Assembly (NCBI GenBank): GCA_009773495.1
Contig: WSXW01000001.1
Span: 128,088 to 192,087 of the forward strand
DNA: 64,000 bases
Direction: 5' to 3'
DNA from: Bacillota bacterium
GTDB taxonomy: Bacteria > Bacillota > UBA994
The translations under genes and the position numbers were made by a program. Under the pieces are notes generated by a model. It saw only the letters and a program-made list of their open reading frames with translations, was not told where the DNA came from and made no database searches. Below, one piece after another: positions 8,921 through 18,738 of this stretch; the first letter of the stretch is position 1; each line of letters starts with the position of its first letter.

Positions 8921-10590
8921 GGTATTACGAAAGCTCGCCGCCCCAAAGGACAGCTATAGTCGAAGATGCACATGTCCCCTTCACTAAGATTGAGGTATCT
9001 TAGGGTAGCCGGCCTATAGTAGACTAGGCGCAGCGAGCGCAGAATCGTACCAGGTTTCTCCCCTTGTCGATGCGGAAGAACAGAATAAATCTGACGCTCA
9101 TCGCCATACAAGAGCTCACGCAAAACTTTATCTTCATCACCTGGGCCATAGTGCAGAACCTCCGGAATTTTACGATGGGGTTCCATCAGGCAAAAATCAA
9201 ACCTTAATAGCTCCTGTAACAACTTCTCATCTGGCACCGCGCCCTGAATTGACTGAAGCAGAAACTCGTGAATGTGCTGTGCGGGCACTTCCCCAGACAA
9301 TAGTGTGAACAGCTCGCTAGGCTGAACTACGCTCAAGGCATAGCGCATGCTGTGGGTAGCAATATTAGAATTATAGTAGCGGTTGAGGTTGTGTTCTAAC
9401 CCCTTGAGCTGCAGCAAGTCCCTAGGGGTGAGGTCGTGGCTACGCAGAACCTCATAGGGTGCGTAGGGAAGAAATGCGTAACCATGTTTGTCAGACGCTC
9501 TGCGCAAAGCTGTACCAGGGAGCAGCTTGAGAAACCCCATATGTAGCCTGTGGGGAAGTACGGACATAGCCTTGTTAAACGTCGTATGGAAATGTACTAG
9601 ATTCTCACCCGGCAGGCCTGCAATGAGATCCACGTGGACCTCGACCGTTCCTAGCGCTAACAATCTCTCTACATTAGCAAGCAATTTGGTAGTATCCATG
9701 GCTCGGTTAATGGCTGATAAAGCAGGCCCATACGTTGATTGTAGCCCTACTTCGAATTGAAAGCGGATAGCCTCTGGGCGAGATAGTACTCTAAAATCTT
9801 GCTCTTCGAGTAGATGAGCACATATTTCAAAATGAAAGCGGCTGTCCCCTGGCAAATCGAGCATGTATTCCCACAGCACTCTAGCCCTCATGGGGTTCGC
9901 GTTGAACGTGCGGTCGACAAATTTTACTAATGGCACTTGCTGTGACAGAAATGCCAGTCTACGCTCGGCTTCGGAGATGGACATAAACCGTACGCCAGCT
10001 TCAGCCGAAGACAAACAATAGGCGCAAGCGTAGGGGCATCCCCTGCTGGTTTCAAAGTAATAGAGCTTGTGAGGTACAAACTCTTCCCCTGCTCCATAGG
10101 GGTCGGGGAGATAGTCCAAATTTCCAACCTTAGGGCGGGCAGTAATATCTCCGCCACGGCACGCTATGCCCTCCGTTGCTCCAAGTGGGCCTCCGTCAAC
10201 TAGAGATGTAAGAACACGCGGTGTCACAACTTCACCCTCACCCACGCAGAGAACGTCCACATAGCCGTGCCGCACTAACACCTCCTCAGGGTTAAAAGCA
10301 ACCTCAGGTCCGCCCCAGATAATAGTCAGGCTGGGGAACATCAGTTTCAGCCGTGTGCACACGTCCTCCATTAAACGTATATTCCAGATATACACCGAGC
10401 ACAGTAGGACAGAGGGCTCATGTTCGGCGACCAAGTGGGCAATCTTCTCTGCCCGCTCGTTGATGTTTACCTCCACCAACTCAAGGTGGATTCCGGCTGT
10501 GGCGCAGGCTGCAAGAATATATCGGGCGCTTAGGCTGGTATGTGTGTAGCTAGCGTTAATTGCTAGAAATAACGGCCTCAAAAATAACAT
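8896..10590 (-). CDS. B12-binding radical SAM protein (DUF4080-type)
   Basis: CPYACAYC radical-SAM motif; N-terminal B12-binding-like region; ATG at 10590 preferred over the track's TTG at 10641. Confidence 0.75.
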   Translation of the reverse strand: MLFLRPLFLAINASYTHTSLSARYILAACATAGIHLELVEVNINERAEKIAHLVAEHEPSVLLCSVYIWNIRLMEDVCTRLKLMFPSLTIIWGGPEVAFNPEEVLVRHGYVDVLCVGEGEVVTPRVLTSLVDGGPLGATEGIACRGGDITARPKVGNLDYLPDPYGAGEEFVPHKLYYFETSRGCPYACAYCLSSAEAGVRFMSISEAERRLAFLSQQVPLVKFVDRTFNANPMRARVLWEYMLDLPGDSRFHFEICAHLLEEQDFRVLSRPEAIRFQFEVGLQSTYGPALSAINRAMDTTKLLANVERLLALGTVEVHVDLIAGLPGENLVHFHTTFNKAMSVLPHRLHMGFLKLLPGTALRRASDKHGYAFLPYAPYEVLRSHDLTPRDLLQLKGLEHNLNRYYNSNIATHSMRYALSVVQPSELFTLLSGEVPAQHIHEFLLQSIQGAVPDEKLLQELLRFDFCLMEPHRKIPEVLHYGPGDEDKVLRELLYGDERQIYSVLPHRQGEKPGTILRSLRLVYYRPATLRYLNLSEGDMCIFDYSCPLGRRAFVIPKGSGSQS

Positions 10591-10714
10591 CCTTTCTATG
10601 GCGGCTAGTACTATTATGAATGAGAGTGGACCGCTACGCAATCGGGGAGCCGCCAGCCATCGGCCATCTGCAGTTCCTAAGCCAAAATCAACAAAAATCC
10701 AATGGGATATGGAC

Positions 10715-10745
10715 TAATCACTACTCACAAAACAATAATCACTAG
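10715..10745. repeat. heptamer repeat (TAATCAC TACTCAC AAAACAA TAATCAC)
   Basis: 7-nt periodicity; reverse-complement relative of GTGATTAGTGATT at 8863-8875. Confidence 0.55.
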
Positions 10746-10864
10746 GGGAGACGGTGGCGAATAGATTGTAGCGCCAGCAACACCACAAGCAGTCTTTAGA
10801 GTGCGGGGCCGGGCTGGCCACCTCGTTGGAAGTTCCGCCGGGGGCCGGTGTGCCTTGTCACGAC

Positions 10865-10894
10865 AACAGGGGCTGACTCACGTCAGCCCCTGTT
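10865..10894 (-). terminator. hairpin downstream of aminotransferase gene
   Basis: AACAGGGGCTGAC-tcac-GTCAGCCCCTGTT. Confidence 0.6.
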
Positions 10895-10897
10895 GTT

Positions 10898-12070
10898 CTA
10901 CATTTTACTAAATACTTGAGCGAGTCGTCTAAACCCCTCGCGGATATTCTCTTCGCTGGCGTTGCTAAAATTAAAACGCGCCGTATTCGTGTGTCCACCT
11001 TCCACGAAGAACGATTCCCCGGGAACGAAGGCAACCTTTTCTTTAACAGCCGCCTCAAATAAAGTAGCCGCCTTGATATGCTCAGGGAACTCCGCCCACA
11101 AGAATAGGCCTCCTTCTGGATTAGTCCACTTAATATCTGCAGGCAACATAGATAGACACTCACGCATAGTCTTGAGTTTATGACCATATTGCTGGTTGAT
11201 GCCGGCAATGTGTGGCTCTAGAAGACCTCTGCGGCAAAACTCATAAACAAGGGCTTGGGAGAGGTTACTGGTGTGAACATCGGTTCCCTGTTTACCTATA
11301 ACCATCTTGCGCAACACTGGAGCTGGGGCGATGGCAAAACCTACGCGAATGCCTGGCGAAACAATCTTTGAAAAACTGCCGAAAAAAGCCACCTGACTAC
11401 TTTCATCACAGGCCTTGATTGCCGGTAGAGCATTACCGCTATAACGGAGTCTGCCATAAGGGTCATCCTCAACTACAATGACCTGATGACGCGAAAGCAT
11501 TTTCCCAAGCTCCTGCCTGCGTTCTAAACTGAGCGTAATTCCCGTAGGATTTTGAAACGTGGGCACAAGATAGATGAGCTTTGGTTTCTCGCGTGTCAAA
11601 ATAGAGTCTAGCTCATCCACAAAAATACCCGAGCCATCGCCGTGCACAATAGCATACGAAGCCTCATAAGTCTTAAGAATCTGGATTGCTGCGAGGTATG
11701 TAGGACTTTCCATGACCACTTTATCGCCTGGGTCTAGGAGGGCCTTGGCAATTAGATCGATACCCTGCTGTGAACCTGAAGTAATTAGTACATCCTCAGC
11801 CTTAGCCGAAATCCCTATGTCCTTAACCCAGTCAGCAACCCACTCACGCAGAGGCCAGTAACCTTCCGTGGTGCCGTACTGTAGTATGCTTGGGTTATTG
11901 CGGATTACATCTTGGGCAATCTCGGCCAAAATCTCTGCCGGAAAGGAATCTTGAGAGGGTAGCCCTCCCGCGAATGAGATTATATCTGGCTGTTGGGTTA
12001 GTTTTAGGAGCTCACGAATTACGTTACCCGCCATATTTTGCATTCTCTTAGCAAATCTACTCTCATCCAA
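10898..12070 (-). CDS. PLP-dependent aminotransferase (class I/II fold)
   Basis: 390 aa; aminotransferase fold. Confidence 0.75.
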   Translation of the reverse strand: MDESRFAKRMQNMAGNVIRELLKLTQQPDIISFAGGLPSQDSFPAEILAEIAQDVIRNNPSILQYGTTEGYWPLREWVADWVKDIGISAKAEDVLITSGSQQGIDLIAKALLDPGDKVVMESPTYLAAIQILKTYEASYAIVHGDGSGIFVDELDSILTREKPKLIYLVPTFQNPTGITLSLERRQELGKMLSRHQVIVVEDDPYGRLRYSGNALPAIKACDESSQVAFFGSFSKIVSPGIRVGFAIAPAPVLRKMVIGKQGTDVHTSNLSQALVYEFCRRGLLEPHIAGINQQYGHKLKTMRECLSMLPADIKWTNPEGGLFLWAEFPEHIKAATLFEAAVKEKVAFVPGESFFVEGGHTNTARFNFSNASEENIREGFRRLAQVFSKM

Positions 12071-12220
12071 ACCATAAACCTCCTCTATTACACACCTATT
12101 CTTAACTAACTTCGCCGAGCCCTAATCATTCTCCTACCTCTGGAAAAAGTCTTACAATTTCGAATCTATACGCATGAAGAGCAACTCTCCACATATCTAT
12201 CTTCCCGAGGGGGGATATTC

Positions 12221-13714
12221 ATGCGTCAGGATTCACTTGTTAGTGGAACTATAGCCTTAACTACCGCGGCTGTTTTTAACCGCATTGTAGGATTTGTGTT
12301 CCGTGCTTACCTTGTGCGGGTGGTTGGCCAAGAGGCTATTGGGCTTTACCAAATGACCTACCCACTGTATGCAAGTGTAATGACGGTAGCTACTGCAGGC
12401 ATATCTGTGGGGGTAGCAAAACTAACTGCCGGTGCTCGCCAGCGTGGAGATAGCCAAGCTATAAGTTCAACACTAAAAACTGGGTGTTATCTGGCCTTGT
12501 TTACAGGTGTGGCAGGTATGATTTTATTAATGATAAGCAGCGGCTTCATCGCTAAAACACTCTTGGGAGAGGAACGCGCATATCTGCCCTTACTCGTATT
12601 GGCACCGGCATTACCCATTGTCTCTTTAGCTGGCGCACTACGCGGCTATTATCAAGGTATGCGCTATATGTACTTAGTGGCCATAGCATTAGTAACCGAA
12701 CAGATTGCGCATGTGGTAGCATCTATCCAATTGGCATTGCGGCTCAAAACCTTAGGTGTTGGTGCTGTTAGCACTGGCCTAGCTCTAGGATGTACAGTAG
12801 GAGAATTAGTCGGACTCTTGACCTTAGGACTTCTAGCCTTTTTTATCGCCAAAGGTCGCCAGAATCGAGCGCAGGTAAACTATGCGCCGCTATTAGGTAT
12901 GGTTCTCCCCGTGGCAACCGGTCGTATTATCTTAGCTGCAACTTCAGCCTTAAACACTATTCTTATACCAAGGTCACTCAGGTTCATGGGTTATTCTGCA
13001 ACAGACGCGGCAGTGGTCTTTGGGCAACTTACTGGTATGGCCATAAATGTGCTGTTCATACCTGCGGTATTGACCTTCCCCTTTGCCAGCAATCTCCTGC
13101 CACTGATGGCCGAAAGTGACCACGCAGCTCAAACAACTCTCAAAAAACGAAACTTCCACCAGGCTCTATCTTTTTCGTTAATACTAGGTATACCCTGCAG
13201 CATAGTTTTTGTAACTGCGGGACCACTGATTTGCGAACTCCTTTTCGGCGTCTCCGAAGCAGGAAGATTGCTATCAACCATGGGCTGGGTTGCCTGGATG
13301 ATATATATTCAGCACATAACTACCGCCACTCTCCAAGGCTTGGGGAAACCTGCTATACCGGCGCGTAATGCTGCCGTTTGCACTTTACTTAGTTCAACTA
13401 GCGTCATTACTTTGTCACGCATATGGCCTTCGTTAAAAATAGATGCTGCCGTCTATGCTATCATGGTAGGTATAATTACAGGTGCACTGCTGGGGTTAGT
13501 AGCAGTCTTAAAAGAAATTGGCGGCTTGCGCACTGCCACAATCATAATCACTAGAGGGGCACTTGCTGGAGCATTCGCTATTTTTATAACAGAAAACGTT
13601 TTGGCTTCATTGACAAACCCATCGCCTCTTTACCAACTCTCAATTGCCTGTGCCATGGTAGCACTGAGCTTCTTACCTGCTGCATGGCTATTAAGACTTC
13701 ACAAGCAGACATGA
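12221..13714 (+). CDS. MOP-superfamily polysaccharide/lipid-II flippase, SpoVB-like
   Basis: 497 aa, about 14 TM; N-terminus matches the SpoVB/MurJ pattern. Confidence 0.6.
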   Translation: MRQDSLVSGTIALTTAAVFNRIVGFVFRAYLVRVVGQEAIGLYQMTYPLYASVMTVATAGISVGVAKLTAGARQRGDSQAISSTLKTGCYLALFTGVAGMILLMISSGFIAKTLLGEERAYLPLLVLAPALPIVSLAGALRGYYQGMRYMYLVAIALVTEQIAHVVASIQLALRLKTLGVGAVSTGLALGCTVGELVGLLTLGLLAFFIAKGRQNRAQVNYAPLLGMVLPVATGRIILAATSALNTILIPRSLRFMGYSATDAAVVFGQLTGMAINVLFIPAVLTFPFASNLLPLMAESDHAAQTTLKKRNFHQALSFSLILGIPCSIVFVTAGPLICELLFGVSEAGRLLSTMGWVAWMIYIQHITTATLQGLGKPAIPARNAAVCTLLSSTSVITLSRIWPSLKIDAAVYAIMVGIITGALLGLVAVLKEIGGLRTATIIITRGALAGAFAIFITENVLASLTNPSPLYQLSIACAMVALSFLPAAWLLRLHKQT

Positions 13715-13757
13715 GTTTGACTAACTAAGAAAGCTAGCTCGCTGAGCTAGCTTTCAT

Positions 13758-13985
13758 TTACCCATTACGTAGAGGCTCGGCTTTTGGTTCACCCGGGGTG
13801 TCAGGTTTGAGAGTATCTAAGCCGAGCAAATAGAGCATGGGACAACACCGTGTGACTCCTTCGGCAACCTTCATCGACCCTGCTGCTATGGCAGGCATCG
13901 ACTTCTTACTAAGTCCCCAGCCAAGCAAAGTCAAACCACCGCTAATCCGGATATAGGCATCTAATTGGCCAACATTTTGTCGCAT
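13758..13985 (-). CDS. DUF2892 (YgaP-like) small membrane protein
   Basis: 75 aa; CCP...G motif. Confidence 0.55.
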   Translation of the reverse strand: MRQNVGQLDAYIRISGGLTLLGWGLSKKSMPAIAAGSMKVAEGVTRCCPMLYLLGLDTLKPDTPGEPKAEPLRNG

Positions 13986-14030
13986 GGATTACACCTCCTC
14001 ACCACTAGTCTGCCCACGTTTGTGTTCATA

Positions 14031-15236
14031 CTAGTGGCGACCACGACGCTTCTTTTTCTTAATGGTCAGGCGCTCAGGGCAGATTGTGGAATAGGCAATT
14101 AACGGTCCCCCGGTACTCCAATCTACCCAAGCGACAGTCTTTTCTGAGATCGCTGGAGTGGACTGGTCTTCGGGGTCGGCTTCGATAACAAACTCTCTTT
14201 GTCGTCTAATGTCGTACGCGTAGATGTCGGGGTTACCATTGCGTAAATCGCTCCATACTACAACGTCCCCACTCAAACTCGGACTAAAGGCGCCATGTTC
14301 TTCCCGAGAGATGCGTCGCTCTTCTCCCGTCAGAAGATTATGTAATCGAATATGTGGCCTTCGGCCACGAAAATCTGTCCACACTAGGAATTGCCCAAAC
14401 ACTTTAGGGTCAAACTGTTCTAAATCCGATGGACTAACCTGTTTTTCTTTACCCGTCGAGAAGTCGTATGTAAAGATATTGGGCACACCCGTACGCAAAT
14501 CGACCCATGCTAAATTATTATCGAAAATGGTCGGCGCAAGTTTATCCCCCGCCCCGACGATTAATGGTTCTTCTCTATTGTCTCTTAAATCTCTTGTGTA
14601 AATCGCGGCAGCCCCTTGTCGATAATCCACCCATACCATACGAGTATCCCATATATCTGGCATGATCTGTACTGAAGGATCAGAGGTAACCTGAAGTTCC
14701 TGTTTGGTTGCTAAGTTCATTGCGAAGATATCCGAGTTCCCAGCGCCCGCACGCCAATCTTCCCACACTACCATGTCGCCCCACAGCCTTGGTAATATCT
14801 TGGCCCCTGCACCTTTGGTCAATTGGTGCTTGGTATGTTCCTTAGTATTGTAACAGAACAGGTTTGGCTCACCTTCGTGCAAGTCCGTCCACACTAGCCT
14901 GTCACCAAACACGGCAGGGAATATTTGACCCCTAGAGTCTGGACTAGCAACTTTCCTGCTATATAAACGAAAATTGTATTCCGTAGCCCTTCCGGCATAT
15001 ATTGCTGGCGTGCTAGTATCAGTAGTATAACTACCCCCACCCCCATATAACCGATAATAGCTGGGAGGCAAGGCAGAAAACCAGTATTCTCCTTTTGCGT
15101 TTGTTACTGAGTCGCGAACCGCACCGAAAAAGGCGTGGACTTTAACAGGCACAGCGGGTAGACTAGAGCCACTACAGAAGCCAACGATTCTCCCTGCGAT
15201 ACTTCCTCCGGCATTCATCTTATCACCACCTTTCAA
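14031..15236 (-). CDS. beta-propeller repeat protein with N-terminal carboxypeptidase-regulatory-like domain
   Basis: about 7 repeats of VWxDxRxGxxDIYxYDLxTGxE; no signal peptide; basic KKKKRRGRH tail. Confidence 0.55.
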   Translation of the reverse strand: MKGGDKMNAGGSIAGRIVGFCSGSSLPAVPVKVHAFFGAVRDSVTNAKGEYWFSALPPSYYRLYGGGGSYTTDTSTPAIYAGRATEYNFRLYSRKVASPDSRGQIFPAVFGDRLVWTDLHEGEPNLFCYNTKEHTKHQLTKGAGAKILPRLWGDMVVWEDWRAGAGNSDIFAMNLATKQELQVTSDPSVQIMPDIWDTRMVWVDYRQGAAAIYTRDLRDNREEPLIVGAGDKLAPTIFDNNLAWVDLRTGVPNIFTYDFSTGKEKQVSPSDLEQFDPKVFGQFLVWTDFRGRRPHIRLHNLLTGEERRISREEHGAFSPSLSGDVVVWSDLRNGNPDIYAYDIRRQREFVIEADPEDQSTPAISEKTVAWVDWSTGGPLIAYSTICPERLTIKKKKRRGRH

Positions 15237-15343
15237 AGTAATATTACATCCTATGCCAGGCAGGAACTAAATGCTAAGGCCTCTACAGGAAAACTGCACA
15301 TCACAGAGAAGAATATAAATACCTCTTCAAGGGAGGTTAGCAA

Positions 15344-16345
15344 ATGAAACTATTAGCGCTCCTCTCTCAGAACTACGAACTATCTGTAGCGGATATTGGT
15401 TTAATCGAAACTGGTCGCATTAATCGTAACTACAAAGTTACGTCTAGTGAAGGCAAGGAGTACTGCCTGAAGGTATACAGTGAAGCGGTTCCAGATAGCA
15501 GACTGCTTGACGGGCTAAGAGTTACCACCTACCTCGCACCCTTGGCTTTCCCTGTGCCTAGGGTGGTATTAACAATCAATCATAAGGAAGTGTTATACAC
15601 GCCAGAAGGGCGTTATCTGTTACTACACTACATCCCCGGCCGCAACCTCCCCAAGGAAGAAGTGGGAGTGGCTGAGTGCTTTGGCATGGGAGCCATGCTG
15701 GGAAGGTTGCACCACTCCTTGCGTTTCTTCCCCACTGCAGACAGGCTGTACGATAGTCTTTGGCGCGGCAGCGCTTCCGCTTTACCTCGAGTGTTCGACT
15801 TGCTGTCCCACATTCAGTCAAGGGAAAGCCATGATGACTTTGACAAATTTGCCATTGCTTCACTTACTTATCGTATCCAGGTCATGCAAAAGCTAGAGGT
15901 TGGCCCGGAGCAGTTCTCACACTTACAGCGCCAGGCTCTGCATGGCGACTACCACCTAGGCAATGTGATATTTAACACCTCTGGCGAGGTCTCTGGTGTG
16001 CTAGACTTTGATCAGACTTGCTTTAACTTCCCCGCTTGGGAGCTAATGCGCGCCATTGGATTTACCTGCTTTGACGGAAATAAGTTTTCCTTTGAGCGGG
16101 CTGCAGCTATTCTTAAAGGATACTCTGTAAATGGTGGCACGCTTACGCCGGCTGATTACCTCGAAATGCCGCGTTTGTGGTACTGCCAGATGGTCCGAGG
16201 CTTGTGGGGCTTGCGTGAGCATTACCAAGGAGAGGCCGACCCGCGTCAAGACGAAGCCGCATATGGCCGCCACGCTATCATGGTGTGGCTAGGTGACAAT
16301 CTCAAAGGAATAAGAGATTTTATCTGGAACACTATAAAGACCTGA
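15344..16345 (+). CDS. phosphotransferase of the APH/CotS (homoserine kinase II-like) family
   Basis: HGDYHLGNVIF and DFD motifs. Confidence 0.65.
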   Translation: MKLLALLSQNYELSVADIGLIETGRINRNYKVTSSEGKEYCLKVYSEAVPDSRLLDGLRVTTYLAPLAFPVPRVVLTINHKEVLYTPEGRYLLLHYIPGRNLPKEEVGVAECFGMGAMLGRLHHSLRFFPTADRLYDSLWRGSASALPRVFDLLSHIQSRESHDDFDKFAIASLTYRIQVMQKLEVGPEQFSHLQRQALHGDYHLGNVIFNTSGEVSGVLDFDQTCFNFPAWELMRAIGFTCFDGNKFSFERAAAILKGYSVNGGTLTPADYLEMPRLWYCQMVRGLWGLREHYQGEADPRQDEAAYGRHAIMVWLGDNLKGIRDFIWNTIKT

Positions 16346-16380
16346 GGTGTGGCGCGTGTTCCCTTTTAGCTAGGTACGTT

Positions 16381-16430
16381 ACACTAACAGACAGCCGCAA
16401 ATGCGGCTGCCTGTTAGTGTTTGCTATTTT
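16381..16430. terminator. terminator between convergent kinase and S9 peptidase genes
   Basis: ACACTAACAGACAGCCGCA-aat-GCGGCTGCCTGTTAGTGT followed by TTGCTATTTT. Confidence 0.7.
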
Positions 16431-18436
16431 ACGGCCTCATTGAACCATCCCACCATGTGTCTAAGGCGCTCCAAACGCAACTTAGGCTTGCCACTACGGG
16501 AGAGCTCATGGTTAGCGCCAGGGAACCTTACCATACGTGTTTTCACGCCTAGCTTTTTGAGGTAGACATAGAATTGCTCCCCTTGTTCGATGGGGCAACG
16601 CATGTCTTGCTCGCTGTGCAACACGAGGAGAGGGGTCTTCACGTTCTTAACATAGGAGATCGGCGAATGCTTTAACATCATCTCGACATTGTCCCATGGA
16701 TTGCCACCTATTTCGTACTCGGTGAAAGTATAGCCGATGTCACTTACGCCATAGAAGCTCATCCAGTTAGATATGGAACGTTGCGTAACGGCACCTTTAA
16801 ACCTATCTGTATGACCTATAATCCAGTTAGTCATAAAACCGCCATAGCTGCCACCCGTTACACCTAGGCGACTCTTATCGACCCATGGCAATTGTTCGGC
16901 ATAATTAACTGCCAACATCAGATCACCGTAATCATTGCCGCCGTAGTCGCCACGCACTGCATCAACAAAGGTTTGGCCATACCCGGTGCTACCGCGGGGA
17001 TTTGTAAATATGACGCCATACCCTTGACTGGCTAGCACTTGGAACTCAAAGAAGAATGAACACCCGTACTGGGTATGGGGGCCACCGTGTATTTCTAGAA
17101 TCAAGGGGTATTGCTTTCCTGCTTCGATACCTATCGGTTTCATTACCCAACCTTGTACATCCCAGCCGTCTACGCCCTTAAACCAGACTTCTTGAGGCTC
17201 GCTAAGCTCTAACTCCGACAAGAAGGCTTCGTTTATTGTGGTCAAGCGACATTCGCATCCGCAGATGCCTTGAATATAAAGATCGGCAGGATGCAAGTGC
17301 TCAGCCGAAGTATAGACGATATCCCCAGTACCCGAATTGTAACTCATGGCCTGGATATGCCTCTTGCCTTGCGTTACTTGTGTTACCTTCCTAGCTGCAA
17401 TGTCCACCGCGAAGACATGGGTATTACCAGTACAGCTAGCCAAGAACATGATGCTTCCGCCATCCTTGGTAAAGGCGAGGGATTCCCCACCACCACCGTA
17501 GCGGCTGTCGGAACCAGTTGTATCGCCTATGCCACGATCAAAGCTAGCAGTCAGATTGACTGGCTCGCCTCCTTCTGCAGCTACTAGCCAGACCTGCGTA
17601 TTGGTTGCGGAGTAGAACTCCCCCCTATGTCCAAGATAAGCGATCGCTTCGCCGTCTGGCGCCCACACAGGGCTGCCACTTGGTCCTTCGGTATTGGTAA
17701 TACGCTTTATCGCCCCGCCACAGGACGGGACGATGTAGATATCGCTTTGGTAGGGCTTAAACTCTGAGTCTCCATCGCGATTACTAGCAAAAGCTATCTG
17801 AGTGCCATCGGGAGACCAAGCAGGCCCGCTATGGTCAAAGTTGCCGCTAGTCAGACAAACAGGGCTCCCCCCCTCTACGTCTACAACCCAGATGTGACTT
17901 CGCTTGCCATCAAGAAAACCCATAGCCTCGTCTGATTTATACTTAATTAGGTCAATCACTTTCGGTTCTTCCCTACGTTTTTTGTCTTCTGCTTCTTTTT
18001 CTTGCGCTGAGCGAACCTTGAGTAGTTCTTCTACTGAGTCACCTTCAGCGAAGCGAGAAACAAACGCGATGCATGTGCCGTCGGCTGACCACACCGGATT
18101 AGCGGCGCCATTGCGCATGGTCGTTAACTGACGGGCTTCACCCCCGGTCACTAAATCCATAACCCAAATCTGTTTGTCGCCGCTGCGGTCAGAGACAAAG
18201 GCTAGTTTCTTACCATCAGGAGAATAACGCGGAGCTGTGTCGCTCTTGGGACCAAAAGTAAACTGCCGCGCGGGGCCGCCCTCGGTTGAGATTACATACA
18301 CATTGGAGCGGTACTCGTAGCTCTTCTCGTCGATATGAGTTTTTACGTAGGCGATAGTCTCTCCACCAGGCGATAATTCCGGAGAGGCAATGAACTGCAA
18401 CCGCAAGAGATCTTCGATAACAACCGGACGTTTCAT
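16424..18436 (-). CDS. S9-family serine peptidase (acylaminoacyl-peptidase-like, N-terminal beta-propeller)
   Basis: GGSYGG nucleophile; 670 aa. Confidence 0.8.
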   Translation of the reverse strand: MKRPVVIEDLLRLQFIASPELSPGGETIAYVKTHIDEKSYEYRSNVYVISTEGGPARQFTFGPKSDTAPRYSPDGKKLAFVSDRSGDKQIWVMDLVTGGEARQLTTMRNGAANPVWSADGTCIAFVSRFAEGDSVEELLKVRSAQEKEAEDKKRREEPKVIDLIKYKSDEAMGFLDGKRSHIWVVDVEGGSPVCLTSGNFDHSGPAWSPDGTQIAFASNRDGDSEFKPYQSDIYIVPSCGGAIKRITNTEGPSGSPVWAPDGEAIAYLGHRGEFYSATNTQVWLVAAEGGEPVNLTASFDRGIGDTTGSDSRYGGGGESLAFTKDGGSIMFLASCTGNTHVFAVDIAARKVTQVTQGKRHIQAMSYNSGTGDIVYTSAEHLHPADLYIQGICGCECRLTTINEAFLSELELSEPQEVWFKGVDGWDVQGWVMKPIGIEAGKQYPLILEIHGGPHTQYGCSFFFEFQVLASQGYGVIFTNPRGSTGYGQTFVDAVRGDYGGNDYGDLMLAVNYAEQLPWVDKSRLGVTGGSYGGFMTNWIIGHTDRFKGAVTQRSISNWMSFYGVSDIGYTFTEYEIGGNPWDNVEMMLKHSPISYVKNVKTPLLVLHSEQDMRCPIEQGEQFYVYLKKLGVKTRMVRFPGANHELSRSGKPKLRLERLRHMVGWFNEAVK

Positions 18437-18548
18437 AAAAACACTCCTTTTCCAATAAGCATAATTATTAGTATTTGACGTCTAAGTCTTAAATTCCTTT
18501 GGAAAATGATAATTTCGGTAACGAAAAGGAGGGAGCAGGAACGAAACC

Positions 18549-18584
18549 ACTGACCGAGTCACTGACCGGGAGACTGATCGGCAA
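18549..18584. repeat. 3 x 12-mer tandem repeat (CACTGACCGAGT-like)
   Basis: in the S9 peptidase upstream region. Confidence 0.5.
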
Positions 18585-18687
18585 TGAAGGAATGGAAGGA
18601 CGAATTTGTGCACTGGAATACACTTAAAACACCGACCTAGGAATAATACTCCTCACAAAACCCTTAGGTCAACATGGTTTAGGCGAC

Positions 18688-18715
18688 AAGAAGCTGCACT
18701 TAGGTGCAGCTTCTT
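18688..18715 (-). terminator. hairpin terminator
   Basis: AAGAAGCTGCAC-ttag-GTGCAGCTTCTT. Confidence 0.6.
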
Positions 18716-18738
18716 GCTCAGTATCTAGTAATCCGCTC

